This document shows, piece by piece, positions 1-13,049 of a DNA stretch of 64,000 nucleotides. The DNA is taken from assembly GCA_024679065.1 (NCBI GenBank), contig JAGIQG010000012.1:54498001-54562000 (forward strand). The letters are read 5' to 3'. The DNA comes from Sphyrna mokarran (Eukaryota). The notes below the pieces were generated by a model, which was not told the DNA's origin, searched no databases, and was given only the letters and a program-made list of their open reading frames with translations. Position 1 is the stretch's first letter. Every line of letters starts with the position of its first letter. The position numbers and the translations under genes were made by a program.

Positions 1-2140
1 CCAAGTGGCTGGCAGTGCAGGGCCACTGCACATGTGCCGATATCCATATTGACAGATTAGTGCATGTGCAGTGGCCTGCTCAACGTGCTGATTTCAGCCT
101 CTCCTGCGAGGATATGCCCCATCCCCTAGTTTTTAATGATATGTATGCTGTTAGCTTCTGCAGTGCACAGAATGTGGGAGATTCTTCCCTGAACATCTAC
201 TGAAAAAACAGCGTGAATTATTTAAGTTTTCACCCAAATTCGACACTTAGAATTATTTGGGGAGAATTCCAGCCCTTAAACATGAACTGTTAATTACTCT
301 GAACAGAGCGTTTTAGGATCTAAACAGATCCTAACTGGATCATTCCCGTCTCCCCGCCTCCACATTATGGCTATGAACTTTATTGCATTTACTTCTTCCA
401 GTCTGGTTCTGACGATAGTAGCAATATCTTGCAGTTTACAATGCACCGCTGCATAAGGGAGATCACTGAGGCTATCTTTGTAAAGGAACACAATTTGATT
501 TCATTCGCTTTTCCCAGACAGGAGCAGGTAGATAAAGCACAAGGGTTTGCAAGGATTGCAGTCTTCCTCATGGTACATGGTCCTATTGACAGCAATCACG
601 TCACTGTGTGTGTGCTTCATGTCAAGTCTACCGTGTACTTCAGTGAAAGAGATTCCTTTCCCTCGACATTCAACTGGTGTGTAGCTGCAGGCAGTGAAAC
701 TTGGAGGACAATGCCCAGTATCCTGGCAGCAGTCACAAAGTGATCATTTGCAAGTGGCATTGACATTTGAATCAACACAGCGGACCAAAGGATGACGACT
801 GGACAGCAAGTGTTCTCTGTTGATAACATGGCTCATGATTCCAGTTTACAACTCACGCACAAATGCACAGCAGGCATTCAGGTAAAGATATGCTGCCTCA
901 AGAAGGCTGATAGAGCACCTGTGTCTTGCAGTGTTATGATCCCAGCTAATTTTACTACTGGACAGTCAGGTTCCAGAATGGAATCCTGGCTCAATACCTC
1001 ATAACTTTTATTTTTCTGGTTAGAGCCATTGATGAAAAGAGTCACAACACTGACAATTACACTTTAACAAAAAAATAAAATATTTATTAAACATGAAAGG
1101 ATTGACTATAATACAATACTTCTTCCCTGCATCTTTCTCTTCACAGATGTACACAGATTTTTAAGAATAACACAAGTTACAAAATATATCTTATACTACA
1201 ATGTTCTCAGTAATACGCTGTCCCTGTAAACTAACAAGCCAACTGTAATCAGACACACCACACTCGAAACCAAGTGGCAGATGCCACCAAATATAAATTC
1301 TATGGATTTCTCATCAAATCCCCCATTGCTCATGACCCAGCCTGTCCCACTGGAAATCTGACTTCCACCCAAGTGTTTCCAAATACCACTCTTGGAATCT
1401 TCTTCCAAATATCACATTCTCTTGGATACTCTCATCAAGGATCCACCTCCAAGATTTCAATCTCTTCTTTCAATATTTCTCTGCCCTGGATGACCAAGTT
1501 TACTCAAGCTTCCACACAATCTCTCAGGTGCTTAGCCATGCTAATGGAATACTTCAGTTTCACAGGCTGTATTGAGGTATCACTAATCTTAGAACTACTT
1601 CAGATGTCTAGCTCCTGACTATCCAACTTCACCAGATCTGCACCTTTTAGTTCTGTCTTTAACTGGGAGCCTCTCTCTGCCCCTCAATTTAACTTCAATT
1701 AACATTACCTTCTTTAGATTTTGCTCATTGGCTCTTTGACTTGACTCTTCCTGGGACTTCTCTCAAAATCCCCTGGTTTCTAGAACTATCTATTCTTTAG
1801 CTTCTTTAACTTGCTTTCTATCCCTCACACCATTGCCCTGTGTCTGTGTTGGCATTTTCTGTGGGAGCTAGTTTCTTCTCAGATACCTGGTTCCAACAGG
1901 ACTATAAGTGCTTATGCTTTTCAATGTGGGCCCCAATTGCTAAGCAACAACCTAGTCTGTTTTTGAATCCTGTTAGTTTTTCCATTGCAATTACAATGCA
2001 GGCACAGTTTGAAATGAAACCAAGATACAAAGACCTATATCACACCTTTGTTTAACATAAAGCTAACTATAGTTTTAACTCTTTCTTTGCATAGAGACAT
2101 AAACATAAAATTACTTAAAGCTATTTTTAATTTCTAATAC

Positions 2141-3030
2141 TGTGATGACATTGTGCCTTTAGGAAATATATTTTAATCATTTTTCTCTGCAGAATGTTTT
2201 GTTGCCATCATATTGTCTATAGCCGGTGTCCTTTACTGTTACTGAAGCAGTATAATTGATATCATGTTCATTTTAACCTGAACTAAAGCTTTGTTCTTTG
2301 GTTTCTTGGGATTACATAATAAAGCTTGATTTAGGGGTGATTGACAAGTCAGATCACGTGGTTAGGAACAACTATTTCTCAATGAGAATTTCAGTTTTGT
2401 TTCATTTTTGGAAGTAGCTTGAAGCAGTATTTTTTTCCCTCTCTGGGGTTGGAGTTTTCCAGTGTAAGTGTTACTGTGTTAGAAGTACCACAGATTGTAT
2501 TTACCTCTCTGAAATGTGTTTTGAGGATATATCCTTCTCTGCAAATAACTGGCATACCTGTTTTTGTGCTAGCTGTAACCAAGGGTATATGTCTGTGGGA
2601 TGGTGTTTTATGTGGAGCAAAAGAGATAGCCAGCTGTTAGGAGTTATAGTGTGTCACGGTTAAGTCTTTAATTTATTGAATTATAGCATATACTGTGCAG
2701 AGGAGGCCCTTTGGCCCATTGAGTCTGCACCGACATGCAAAAAATACCTGACCTCTCACTTAATCTCATTTACCAGCACTTGAATATTATGATGTTGAAT
2801 GATATTATGCTTGTCAAAGCAGTAAAGTTTTGACAAAGAGTCATCTGGACTCGAAACATCAGCTCTTTTCTCCTGTTGCAGATGCTGCCAAACCTGCTGA
2901 GATTTTACAGCATTTTCTCTTTTGGTTTCAGATTCTAGCATCTGCAATAATTTGCTTTTATCCAGTGTAAAACTTAGGATGTAGGCTAACTTTGCAAAAC
3001 ACTTCAAAGTTTCTGGCCTGGATCATAACA
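2141..3030 (+). mobile_element. Inner solo LTR with 4-bp TSD
   Basis: TGTGATGAC...GGATCATAACA flanked by ATAC at 2137-2140 and 3031-3034. Confidence 0.7.
2828..2962 (+). mobile_element. Penelope-like 3'/pLTR fragment
   Basis: gagtcatctggactcgaaac...cagatgctgccaaacctgctgagatttt...cagcattttct. Homologous copies at 30725, 49873 and 52497. Confidence 0.65.
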
Positions 3031-3134
3031 ATACCCAAAATACAAATATAAATTACTTATAGCTAACTTTGTATTTCCTGACAGAGGCAGTGGATCAACT
3101 GCCTGAACCTCTCCAGAGGGTCAAGGGAACGTTT

Positions 3135-3360
3135 TACTGGTTTTGCTTGGAATGCAACATGTAGCATAATCTTGCCTTCAGGAGATGCAATCTATCAAGT
3201 GAGAATCTGAGGAGCAGGAGTGCCATGAGGAGGAGCAGGAGGTGCAGTTGAAATGAGAACAGTAATAGCTGGAAAAGGAAGGCGGGGAAGGGAGGCCATA
3301 ACTTCGACATTGCCTTCCTGCTTGGCCTGCATGTAAACAATTAATTAATGAGTGATATCT
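3135..3360 (+). pseudogene. Harbinger transposase C-terminal remnant
   Basis: CNM*HNLA resembles the HARBI1-family CCxLHN motif, followed by a GAG-rich acidic tract. Confidence 0.45.
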
Positions 3361-4084
3361 GCAATCTCAACACCAATTGCATATTCACTAATAATCCTTT
3401 ACCTTCCTCCTTCACCGACCATCACATCTTCTTTTTGGTCACAGTGCAAAAGTACTAGACAAGATGAAATACACATTCTAATCCAAATTTATAAGTCATA
3501 CTATATTGTATACAAAATAAACCTGTACATTCCCTTAGTACACATCTTCTGTCTGTCTTTTTCTGTCTGAGTGGATAAAGAGGTATTACCCCAGTGATCG
3601 CAGTACGGTTAGTGAAAGGCTACTGATTTTCAATGGCAGAATGTGAATAGAATTGGACAGTGACCTCAAGCAATTCCAGACATGGAAATTCTGGCTCCAC
3701 ATGGCAGCATCTTTGCAAGGACAGTTACTATTCAGATTGGTTATCTGATAGGCAATGGTGGAGTGGGGGAGGCACTGGTGGAGTAGTATGTACGTAAGAA
3801 TGAACACCATCATTGGAATATCAGGTTCATGCTTAATGGAGCCACTACCAATTTTCTGGGTAGCAATCCAGCAATCATAACAATCTTTTGGAAAACAGAC
3901 TTCTGAATCACTTCGAAACCTTGTATGTTTTTTGTACTCTGTAATCTATAGCCACAGTGTCAAACGGTGTGAGCTTGTATACCAGCAAGTTGACATTGCA
4001 ATAAAAATTTCCCATGCGGTCCTTACTCTTCTGCTGGAAGTTGCTTGTGCTGCATAGGGTGCTGATACATTGCCCCTGATGGTT

Positions 4085-4500
4085 CTGCCATTTATTTATA
4101 ACTCCCATCTGAATTGGACCTACCAAATGCATCATGTCTCATTTGCATGGATTGAATTCCACCTTCCAACCTATTTATATCCTGCTTTACTCTCTGACAA
4201 TCTTCATCATTATCCACAACTCCAGCAATCCTAATTTCATCCGTAAACTTGCTGATCAGACCAGCTATGTTTTCTTCCAAGTCACTTATATATATTACAA
4301 AGGTCCCAGCACAGATCCCTGCGGAACAAGTTACACACTTCCATTCAGAAAAAACACCCTTCCACCACTATCCTTTGTCTTCTATGGCCAAGCCAGTTCT
4401 GAATCCATCTAGCTAGTTCACCCTTGAATCCATGTGATTTAACTTTATGTACCAGCTTGCCATGAGAGACCTTGTCAAATGCTCTACTAAAGTCCATAAG
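4085..4500 (-). mobile_element. CR1 LINE RT fragment
   Basis: DFSRAFDKVSHGKLVHKV...WIQNWL and ISKFTDEIRIAGVVD motifs, frameshifted. Confidence 0.9.
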
Positions 4501-4584
4501 AAGGAGGTTAATTTTGTAGGTACCCATCACCAAAGTATAGATACTCAGTAAAAATTGCACTTGTTCCAAAATACAGAAAATAGT

Positions 4585-5070
4585 CAAAAAAGCAAAATGA
4601 ATGCTATGCCTTTATGTATAGAAGAATAGAATATCAGGGTTTAGAGGTCAGGCTTCAGCTATGCAAAGCCTTGGTTAGATTACAATTGGAAGTTTTGAGA
4701 CATTGTCACACATCACAATTTAAGAATAATATATTGGCATTGGAGGGAATGCAGCATAGATTTACTAGAATGATATCTGGACTTCAGAGATCAAACTTCA
4801 AAGCAAGATAACAAATTAGGGTTGTCCGATCTGGAATTTAGATGATTAAGTTGTAATATTAGGGGGAACAGATAGGGTAGACTGTGGGAAATTACTTCTG
4901 TAGGTTAGCAAGTCTCAGAAACAGAGCTATAGTCAAAAATTATATCCAGAGCTTACTGGAATGAAATTGGGAAACATGTCTTCATGCAAAGTGTGATGGA
5001 GGTTTGGAACTCTGTTTTGCAAATGATAGTTGATGCTGGGTCAATTATTAATTTTAAAATTAAGACTGAT
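4585..5070 (+). mobile_element. CR1 LINE ORF2 3' fragment
   Basis: LQLCKALVRLQLE...ALEGMQHRFTRMISGL. Confidence 0.85.
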
Positions 5071-5198
5071 AGCCCGCCACCTCTTTTAACCCCTCCTCCA
5101 GTTCTAAGTTTATAGATCACTTGTCTGACATCTGATATCAAATGAGGGGATGAACTGAGGACTCAGAGGTAGTAAGCACTACGTGGAGGAGCGAGAAA

Positions 5199-5301
5199 GG
5201 AGCAATGGGCTCATTCACACAGTGAGAGGAGCAATGGGCTCATTCACACAGTGAGAGGAGCAATGGGCTCATTCACACAGTGAGAGGAGCAATGGGCTCA
5301 T
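5199..5301 (+). repeat. 29-bp minisatellite
   Basis: GGAGCAATGGGCTCATTCACACAGTGAGA x3 perfect plus a partial copy; degenerate copies continue to ~5356. Confidence 0.95.
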
Positions 5302-5434
5302 AGCGAGAAGAACAGCACGGCCATTAACAGCGAGAGAGGAGCAATTAACAGTGAGAAGCCAGTGCCACAGCATGTGTTCAAGAGGCCTCACCCATCCACC
5401 CACCCCTTGTCACCACTGGCTGCCCACCTATAAG

Positions 5435-5563
5435 AAGTCTCATGACACCAGGTTAACGTCCAACAGGTTTATTTAGTAGCAAAACCCACTAGCTTTTGAA
5501 ACACTGACTGCCCCTTCGTCAGGTGAGTTTACCGCAGTCCAATGCCGGCATCTCTACATCATG
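5435..5563. mobile_element. Penelope-like pLTR fragment
   Basis: acaccaggttaacgtccaacaggtttatt...ccccttcgtcaggtgag; homologous to the element at 20631. Confidence 0.65.
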
Positions 5564-5607
5564 TCCCACCTGTGACAGAGATTGTAGATCACCCTTTGTA
5601 ATTATCG

Positions 5608-5915
5608 GTCATAGAATCATAGAATCCCTTTAGTGCAGAAAGAGGCCGTTTGACCCATCGAGTTTGCACCAACCACAATCCTCCTTGATCCCATGTATTT
5701 ATCCTACTAGTTCACCTGACATTATGGGGTAATTTACCATGGCCAGTCCACCTAACCCCCATATCTTTGGACTGTGGGCAGAAACTAGAGACCTGGAGGA
5801 AACCCACTGAGACACGGGAAGAACATGCCAACTTCTCACAGACAGTGACCTGAAGCCAGAATTGAATCCAGGTCCCTGGCACTGTGAGGCAGCAGTGCTA
5901 ACTACAATGCTGCCC
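5608..5915 (-). mobile_element. HE1-type V-SINE
   Basis: tRNA-like head, V-domain, (ATTCTATG)n tail. Confidence 0.9.
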
Positions 5916-5924
5916 TAGAACTCA

Positions 5925-6900
5925 TATTTTAATGTGGACAGAAGTCATCCTCAACTCCGAGGAACTGCCTAAAAGACAAAGATTGAATGAGCAGAAATTG
6001 CTTCCAATTAAACATTAAAGAGAACTGAAGCTTCTGTCCTTGCTTCCTGCCATAAACTCCATTCCCTAGCTCAATTTCTCTCCCAGGAAACTGCCTGAGG
6101 CTAAACAAATCCATTTGCAATTTTGGTGCCAAATTTGACTTTGAGATGAACTTTCAACCTTGTATATGTCATCATTAAGACTATCTATTTCTTTTAGTAT
6201 AGCCATTCCCAACTCCAGCCTGGATCATTATCCCTCATCCATGCCTTTGTTACATTGACTTAACTATTCTAACACACGCCTGGCTAGCCTCCTGCATTCT
6301 AATTTCTGTAAATTTGAGGCCAGCTAAAACTGCTGCTTGTGCCTAGACTTACATTATCCTACCCACCCTTCATCCTTCTGATCCCTCACCCACGCTGACT
6401 CCCAGTTAAACTATGCATCAATTTTAAAATTCTAATTTCTTTACCCAGAGGGTGGTTAGGGAGTGGAATGCCCTGCCTGCGGCAGTTGTAGAGGCGCCAA
6501 GTTTGGTGGCGTTTAAGAGGTTAGTTGATAAGTTTATGGAAGAGAAGGAAATGGTTTAGTTTGGAGGGTCATTGCTTTTTTCATAATTGGTCAGCGCAAC
6601 ATCGAAGGCCGAAGGGCCCGTTCTGCGCTGTAATGTTCTATGTTCTAATTTTAATCACTCTATCATGAATTGTAACCTTCAGCCGTCAAAGTCCTAACTT
6701 CTTCATTTCCCCAATCCCTAAACTTTACTACCTGTCTTTTTCTTCCTCTTTCTTTAAGGTACACATTAAAAACTACCACTGCTCTGTTGCCCTAACACCT
6801 CCTTGCACAACTTAGTGTCACGTTTTGTGTGACAAAACTCCTGTGCAGCATCTTGGGGTGCTTTATTTTATTCAAGGAACTATCCAAATAATAGTTGTTG
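5925..6900 (+). mobile_element. Old L2-like LINE 3' fragment, interrupted at 6439-6642
   Basis: Degenerate LDYxN...LPV...FKIL-type RT C-terminus; similar to 14900-15600. Confidence 0.6.
6439..6642 (+). mobile_element. Young 5'-truncated CR1 3' end
   Basis: FTQRVVREWNALP coding end, CpGs retained, (ATGTTCT)n tail, flanked by TTCTAATTT direct repeats. Confidence 0.85.
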
Positions 6901-7009
6901 CAGTTGAAGCATTTCGTATGTCTTTGGTTTGTTGATTTCTTTATATTTTCAACTGTAGATAGAAACAAAGCCGTTTATAATATGAAGATCCCACCATTCA
7001 TGTTCATTA

Positions 7010-7315
7010 ATCATATTTATCCCATCGTATCTATGCAACTCTAACTAATCCACTGTTCTATTCCCTCCCTACTGTTCTGCAACTTCCTCCATTTGAAATG
7101 ATTATCTACTGCTCACTTCAGACATGCACTGATCTCTGCTTCAACTGCTCCATGTGATAAAGCAGTTAATGTTCTAACAACCCTCTGCATAGAAGATTTG
7201 TTTTTTCTCTCTCCTTCCTCTCTTAGAGACAGTTTTAAATTAATGACCACTCGTTACAGACTTCACCAGAGGAAATAACCTTTCTCTATTCATCTGCTCA
7301 AAATTCTGCATCATT
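7010..7315 (-). mobile_element. Degenerate CR1 3' fragment
   Basis: Similar to other CR1 3' ends (ctaacaaccctctgc...). Confidence 0.55.
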
Positions 7316-8357
7316 TCTTTTCCTTAAAAAACAAACCCTCTATCAGCTCTCCTCATTTTCTTCCTTGAGGCCATGAAATAGCCTCACCTCTTTCTCCTCC
7401 CAGCTGCAGTATTGAATTTCACCAACCCTCCAGAAAGGGGTTGGAAAACAGGGAGGGCAATAAAATGATGGCAGGATGCTTTTGAGAGGACAATGCAATG
7501 TATTCCCATCACCACGTGATATTATCAAAGTTCAAAATGGCCATAGTTTGGTTGCCCATCAAGGAGAGTCGGGTAGCCAATTAATGAATTGGTCTGTTAG
7601 TCACCGTTTTATGATGCCGCTGGGATTTTTACCAGCAACAGAACCATCGCCCAATGCGTGGCGAGTTCACAAACTATACTGAAGTGGATTCCTGGCAGCT
7701 ACCTGGGCCCAAATCACTGCAGAAGTATCCTCTGATTAGAAGGTCCTGCTAACCTGACCCCAGAACTTAAAAATAACTTTGCACATACCTGCGAGTGTGT
7801 CTCAAATAAGGATGTCCTCTTTTCCCTCCAGCAGCCTGGGTAGTGACTGCCTCTATTGACAGAGGCTGCAAATGTGCCAGCCCTCTCTCTGGCTCACCAG
7901 CTCTGAGAACAGGTTGTAACCCTCATTTGGACAATGGTCTGAGTGGCAGTTTTTTGATAGGCTGCCGGTAAAATCATTTCTGAGGTCCTGTCATTTGGCC
8001 ACATAGGCCCAGAACCTGCATTCAGTCCCAGGTGGGAGTGCTGGTAAAATACCAGCACATAGTTCCTCATTCCTGGTATCATCGTAATGTGATTTTACTG
8101 CGTCACTTGAGCAAGACCAGAAATTTCTACCCAAGATCAATGGATATTTCCGTTATCCACACCTTGCCCGCTCCAATTCCATGGTGGGTGAGGCAATAGA
8201 TTTCCAGTGAATGAATTTATAGCTTATTCTCTATAGCTTTAAAATCTTTTCTGTAATAAGATTGTCAAAACTAACATGACTAGATTATTGCTTTGTACAA
8301 ATCTTTCATTACCCCTTTGTTCCTGTGGTCAGTGGACTTTAAAGTGAATTGGAATAT

Positions 8358-8535
8358 GTCCAAAAATGTACAGGTTAGGTTGTTTGGCCAAATTAAATTG
8401 ACCCTAGTGTCAGGAGGATTCGCAGGGTAAATGTGTGGGGTTATGGGAATAGAGCCTTGGTTATTGTGGTTGGTACAAACTCAAAGGGTTGAATGGCCTC
8501 CTTCTTCTGTACTGTAGGGATTCTATGATTCTATG
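8358..8535 (+). mobile_element. V-SINE 3' half
   Basis: caggttagg...ctgtagggattctatgattctatg. Confidence 0.85.
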
Positions 8536-8661
8536 TGATTAACACAAAGCCATTGAGTGGAATGCATACCAACACTGTGTTGCCTGCTGATTAGAATAAT
8601 TGCCACATGCAACCAACATTTCTTGTGCTGTTCCTGGATATATTGTTAGTAACTGAAAATA

Positions 8662-9885
8662 GGAACACAAGAACCTTAGAAAGAGGAGCAGGAGTAAACA
8701 ATATGGCCTGTTGAGCCTGTTTCGCTGTTCAACGTTATCGTAGCTGATGTTCTGTCTCAGTCCCACTTTTCCACCTGCTCATTCTCATTCTCCAGCGACC
8801 AAAAATCTATCTCACCCTTAAATATATTCAACAATGGGACATCTACAACTTTTGAGAGAATTCTTGGATTCATCAACCACTGAGTGAAGATGTTTCTCCT
8901 CACATCAGTCCTATATGACTGGCCTCTTTATCCTGATGCTGTGCCCCTGCATTCTAAAAACCTCTCATTGCATAACCTTCAAACATTGAGTGTTTCAATT
9001 CGCTTACATGTCATTCTTCTCAACTCCAGGGAATATAGGCCCAATTTTTTTCATATAGGACATCTCTCTGATCCAACTTAGTATCCCTTCATTAGGCGAT
9101 GCCTCATACCTTAAATAGGCACTCGGTATTTTCTAGTGAAGGAACCTTATTGCCTTAAATATGCAAATATAAAGAGATGTTGTATTCTATGTGGAGTCTC
9201 ATCAAAGCCCTGTACAATTGTAGCAAGCCTTTTTTCATTCTTGGACACCAATATCCTTACAATAAAGCCTAACATGCCATTTGCTTTCCTAGTTGCCTGT
9301 TGTACCTACATACTAAATCCCTGTGTTCTTTGTAAGTGTACCTACGTCTCTCTGAATGTTAAGATGTAGAAGTTTCGTGTCTTGTAAAAATAATTATGCT
9401 TTCTATTCTATTAACATGAATAACTGTATACATTATACTTCATCTACCAACTTGCCCATCACTAACCCTGTCAATATCTCTTTGCAGCTTCTTTGGCTGT
9501 TCCTCACTGTTTATATTCATGCCTAGCTTTATCTTATCAATAAAATTGTATAGATTGTTCTCAGTCTGTTTATTTAAGTCATTAATATAGATTGTAAATG
9601 GCTGGCACACAACACTGATCCTTGCAGCACTCCACTTGTTACAGCCCAACAAATCAAAAATGCCCCATTTATTTTAATCTTTGTTTTCTGTCTGTCAACC
9701 AAATCACTATACATGCTAATTATATTAACTAAACTCCATCTTACATTTTGGGTGGTACCTTATCAAATACCATTTGGAAGTGCAAGTATAGTACATCTAC
9801 TGGTTTCTCTTTATCTACCCTACTACTTACACCCTCAGAATGGTCTAATAAATTTGTCAAACATGATTTTCCTTTCATAAAACTA
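8662..9885 (-). mobile_element. CR1 LINE fragment
   Basis: 3' tail plus FTIYINDL...KLQRDIDRVS RT motifs. Confidence 0.85.
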
Positions 9886-10642
9886 TGGGCTGGGAATATG
9901 CTTTGTGCACCCCAGCATAAATTGCCGGCCCGTTGGAGGCTAACAATTCTGCGTCACAACAGGATTGGTGGCCGTTGCTGGTATTGCAGGAGGCCCAGGT
10001 GAAAAAGGAGTGCTGGACACCCTAAAAAGATAGGTAAGTCTGGGATATCTGCAGGCTAGCATGTCCTGGAGAATGAGGTAGGTGTATGTTGGACAAAGGG
10101 CCTGAAAAAGGGGTACCCCTCCTTTCACTGACCAGAAGCCCGCAGGGTTAAACCTGTTGAGCTGCATGTTAGGCACAAGCCTTTCACAACAGACATGTCA
10201 GGCTCTTAATTGAACAATAATTGTTCATAATGCCTGAATATATTCTAACTTTCGATGCTCAAGTGCATCATCACTTTCCAGAGATACATCAGCAATTTTG
10301 GTCAACTGCAACAATATTCTGTGGTCATCAACCCATCTCTTTTATTTCTTTCTTAATTGTTCCTGAATACTACACAGCTCAGAGTATGGAATTCACTTCC
10401 TCCCTTGTCTGAACCAAGTCTTTTTTATTGCCACTATAGAATAATTCCATGTGGTGGTTTGCACTCACAGTTCACCAATTTATTTACCACTGTACCGGCA
10501 CTTGTGTACATTTACCATATACCCACCTTAGTCTGTTTGCATTTCCCCACTGATCACTTCTGTTTCGAAGCAAAGGTCTGTTTCTAATGACCTTTGCCCC
10601 TCCAAATCCTCTGTGCACCTTGCTGTTCCTCGCCAAGGCTCA

Positions 10643-10972
10643 GGACATAAGACATATAGGAGCAGAATTAGGCCACTCGGCCTATTGAGTCTGCTCTGCC
10701 ATTCTATAATGGCTGATAATTTTCTCATCCCCATTCTCCTACCTTTTCACCATAATCCGATCCCCTTATTAATCAAGAACCTAGCTATCTCTGTCTTAAA
10801 GACACTCAGTGACCTGGCCTCTATAGCCTTCTATGGCAAAGACTTCCCCAAACACACCATTCTCTGGCTGAAGAAATTCCTCCTCATCTCTGTTTTAAAG
10901 GACCATCCCTTTAGCCTAGATTGTGCCCTCTGGTTCTAGTTTTTCCTGCTAATGGAAACATCCTCTCCATGC
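10643..10972 (-). mobile_element. CR1 3' end
   Basis: cataagacatataggagcagaattaggccactcggcc tail; the same tail is on the plus strand at 50940-50980. Confidence 0.85.
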
Positions 10973-12531
10973 TTCAGTCTGGTGCCCTGAGAAATTAGTT
11001 CAAACTCTCTCCCATGAATAGATTGGAAATAATATTTTGAACTCTTAGAAGAAACTTATTCTTCTGATCAGAGAACAGTTCTTGACCGGGAGAGGCTCTT
11101 ACTAAAAAGTTGCAGAGAAAATAAAGCAAAATTTCAGAAGAAGAGACAGAAAATAATAGCTTAAAAGGCAAATGCTGATCGAGAGGAATAATTAACATTG
11201 GTTATCTAGTTAATCAATTACCTCCTTAAAGACAATTAAGGATGGGAATACATCCTGCCCTTTCCAGTGACACCCACATCCTGTCAATGAATAAAAAGTC
11301 CTCTTTTACAGTTGACAAGGCTAGCAAAGAGTGACATTAGATGAAGCAAAGGATTGTTGTCTCCATTGGGGAAAGATGTATCATGCAGGGAGAATTAAGA
11401 GCAGGAGAAACCTTTGGGAAAACACTCAATAAAGTTATCAACAAAACCAGAAATTGCTCCAAAGCTTTGTTTAATCCCAGACTCCAGCATTCATAATACA
11501 CAGCGATGCGTAATTGTGGACTATAAATCCCTATAAATGCATTTTAATCATAATGGGTAATATATGAATTAGCTTTATATGAAGCAACACTAAATTGCAG
11601 CCACTAACACCATTTAAGGGTGTCAATTACTTATTAACTCATTCACGTTTGTGGTGTTGTTACATGTCATTGTGTTCTTAATTTATAAATTGCTTAATAT
11701 TAAGATATGTGCAAAGAACAGACAGGTAAAATATGCTCTAGAATATAACTAACCTCTTCATTCAGATGAACCCAACAATTTGTTCTCTTTTTTTCTAAAG
11801 GTTTATGGTGTTACTCAAACCCACGAGTAGTGTTGTAACTTTGTAATATTGCCCAACAATCTGTTCGCTGACAAACCCACCACTGAAGTCAGTTTGAGTA
11901 CACAAGAAGCACTGGCTGGTTAACTGTGAACTTGTTACTGTGTTCCATGCACAGTTCCCCACGTGTTTCTTACTCATTCATGCAGCTGTGAGGAGGCAGA
12001 AAGCAGAGGTTATAGTGGGAAACTATGGGGCCGAATCTCCCAAAAGTGCTGAATTGGCAAGAAAACTGGCTACGTCGCAACTGTTTATGCAGTGTCATTT
12101 CAAACCCGAATCTCCCCATTGTGTGTACTGCAGAGTCAGAATTGTGAATACCATTAAAAATTGTTTGGTGGGTTGGGTTGGGAGAATTGCATGTTGGTCA
12201 TTTCGTGGGATTTGCGTCTGTGTTCTTGATGCATGTGTGTCTCCCAGAGGCAGGGAATAGTTGCAGTCAGGACTTGCCCAGGCCCAGTAGCATTTCCCAC
12301 CCCGCCAGGAGTACTTCATCCTGGTGGGGTTTACAGTAGCTCCCCATGTTCAGAGAACTAGCAGGATATCCCGCCAGAGTGAATGGAGGGGCAAGATCTA
12401 TTTGTGCCAGAGCCTGACAGCTCTGAAACTCTGCGCATGCGCAATGGTCTCCTATCAGTCTCCCTGTTTGCTGGCCAGCTCAATTGCTGGCCAGCCCAGG
12501 ACCTTCCTCAGTGCTGTTTCTCCAGCTCTCA

Positions 12532-12836
12532 AAGAACAAAGAACAAAATAGTACGGGAAACAGGCCCTTCAGCCCAACGAGCCCGCGCCGCCACCTCGAT
12601 GTTCCCATTTCTACCCATGATCCCTGTCTATGTTTATAGAAATCTGCATTGGAACCAAATTTGCGAGACAATTTAGGGAGATTTGTTTTGCCAATCAGCC
12701 TAACAGCACATCTTTGGCGTTGAGAGGAAACTGGAGCACCACAAGCATGGGGAGAATGCGCAAACTCCCACAGATGCAGGCCAAGTCCATGTATCTGCAC
12801 AGCACAGCAATAGTCACTGAGCTGTCGTGTTGCCCA
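12532..12836 (-). mobile_element. V-SINE variant with (GTTCTTT)n tail
   Basis: V-domain core; plus strand starts aaagaacaaagaacaaa. Confidence 0.75.
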
Positions 12837-13049
12837 TCAACTGGTCCAGTTCAAGTGTACCCTAATGACATGAAGCGCTAGGATACTCTTGAAAAATCCA
12901 AGAGCAGCCCTCTCATGACCCATTGCGTGTATGCACCTTGTTGAACAACAGGGCAGACCGAAGTACCCGTAGGATAAAACAAATACATCAATATCATTCA
13001 CAATTTACACACTTCCCAGGGAACTCCCAAGACTCATGATCCCTAGTTT

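Larger units (their letters stand above)
932..3083 (-). mobile_element. Outer solo LTR (Gypsy-like), interrupted by a second LTR
   Basis: Starts TGTTATGATCC (932) and ends CCTGACA (3083), giving TG...CA termini. Minus-strand AATAAA near 1085. No clear TSD. Confidence 0.55.

Noticed and set aside
5199-5356. 29-bp repeats of CRISPR-like length
   Set aside because: Units are head-to-tail with no unique spacers, there are no cas genes, and the context is vertebrate. This is a minisatellite.
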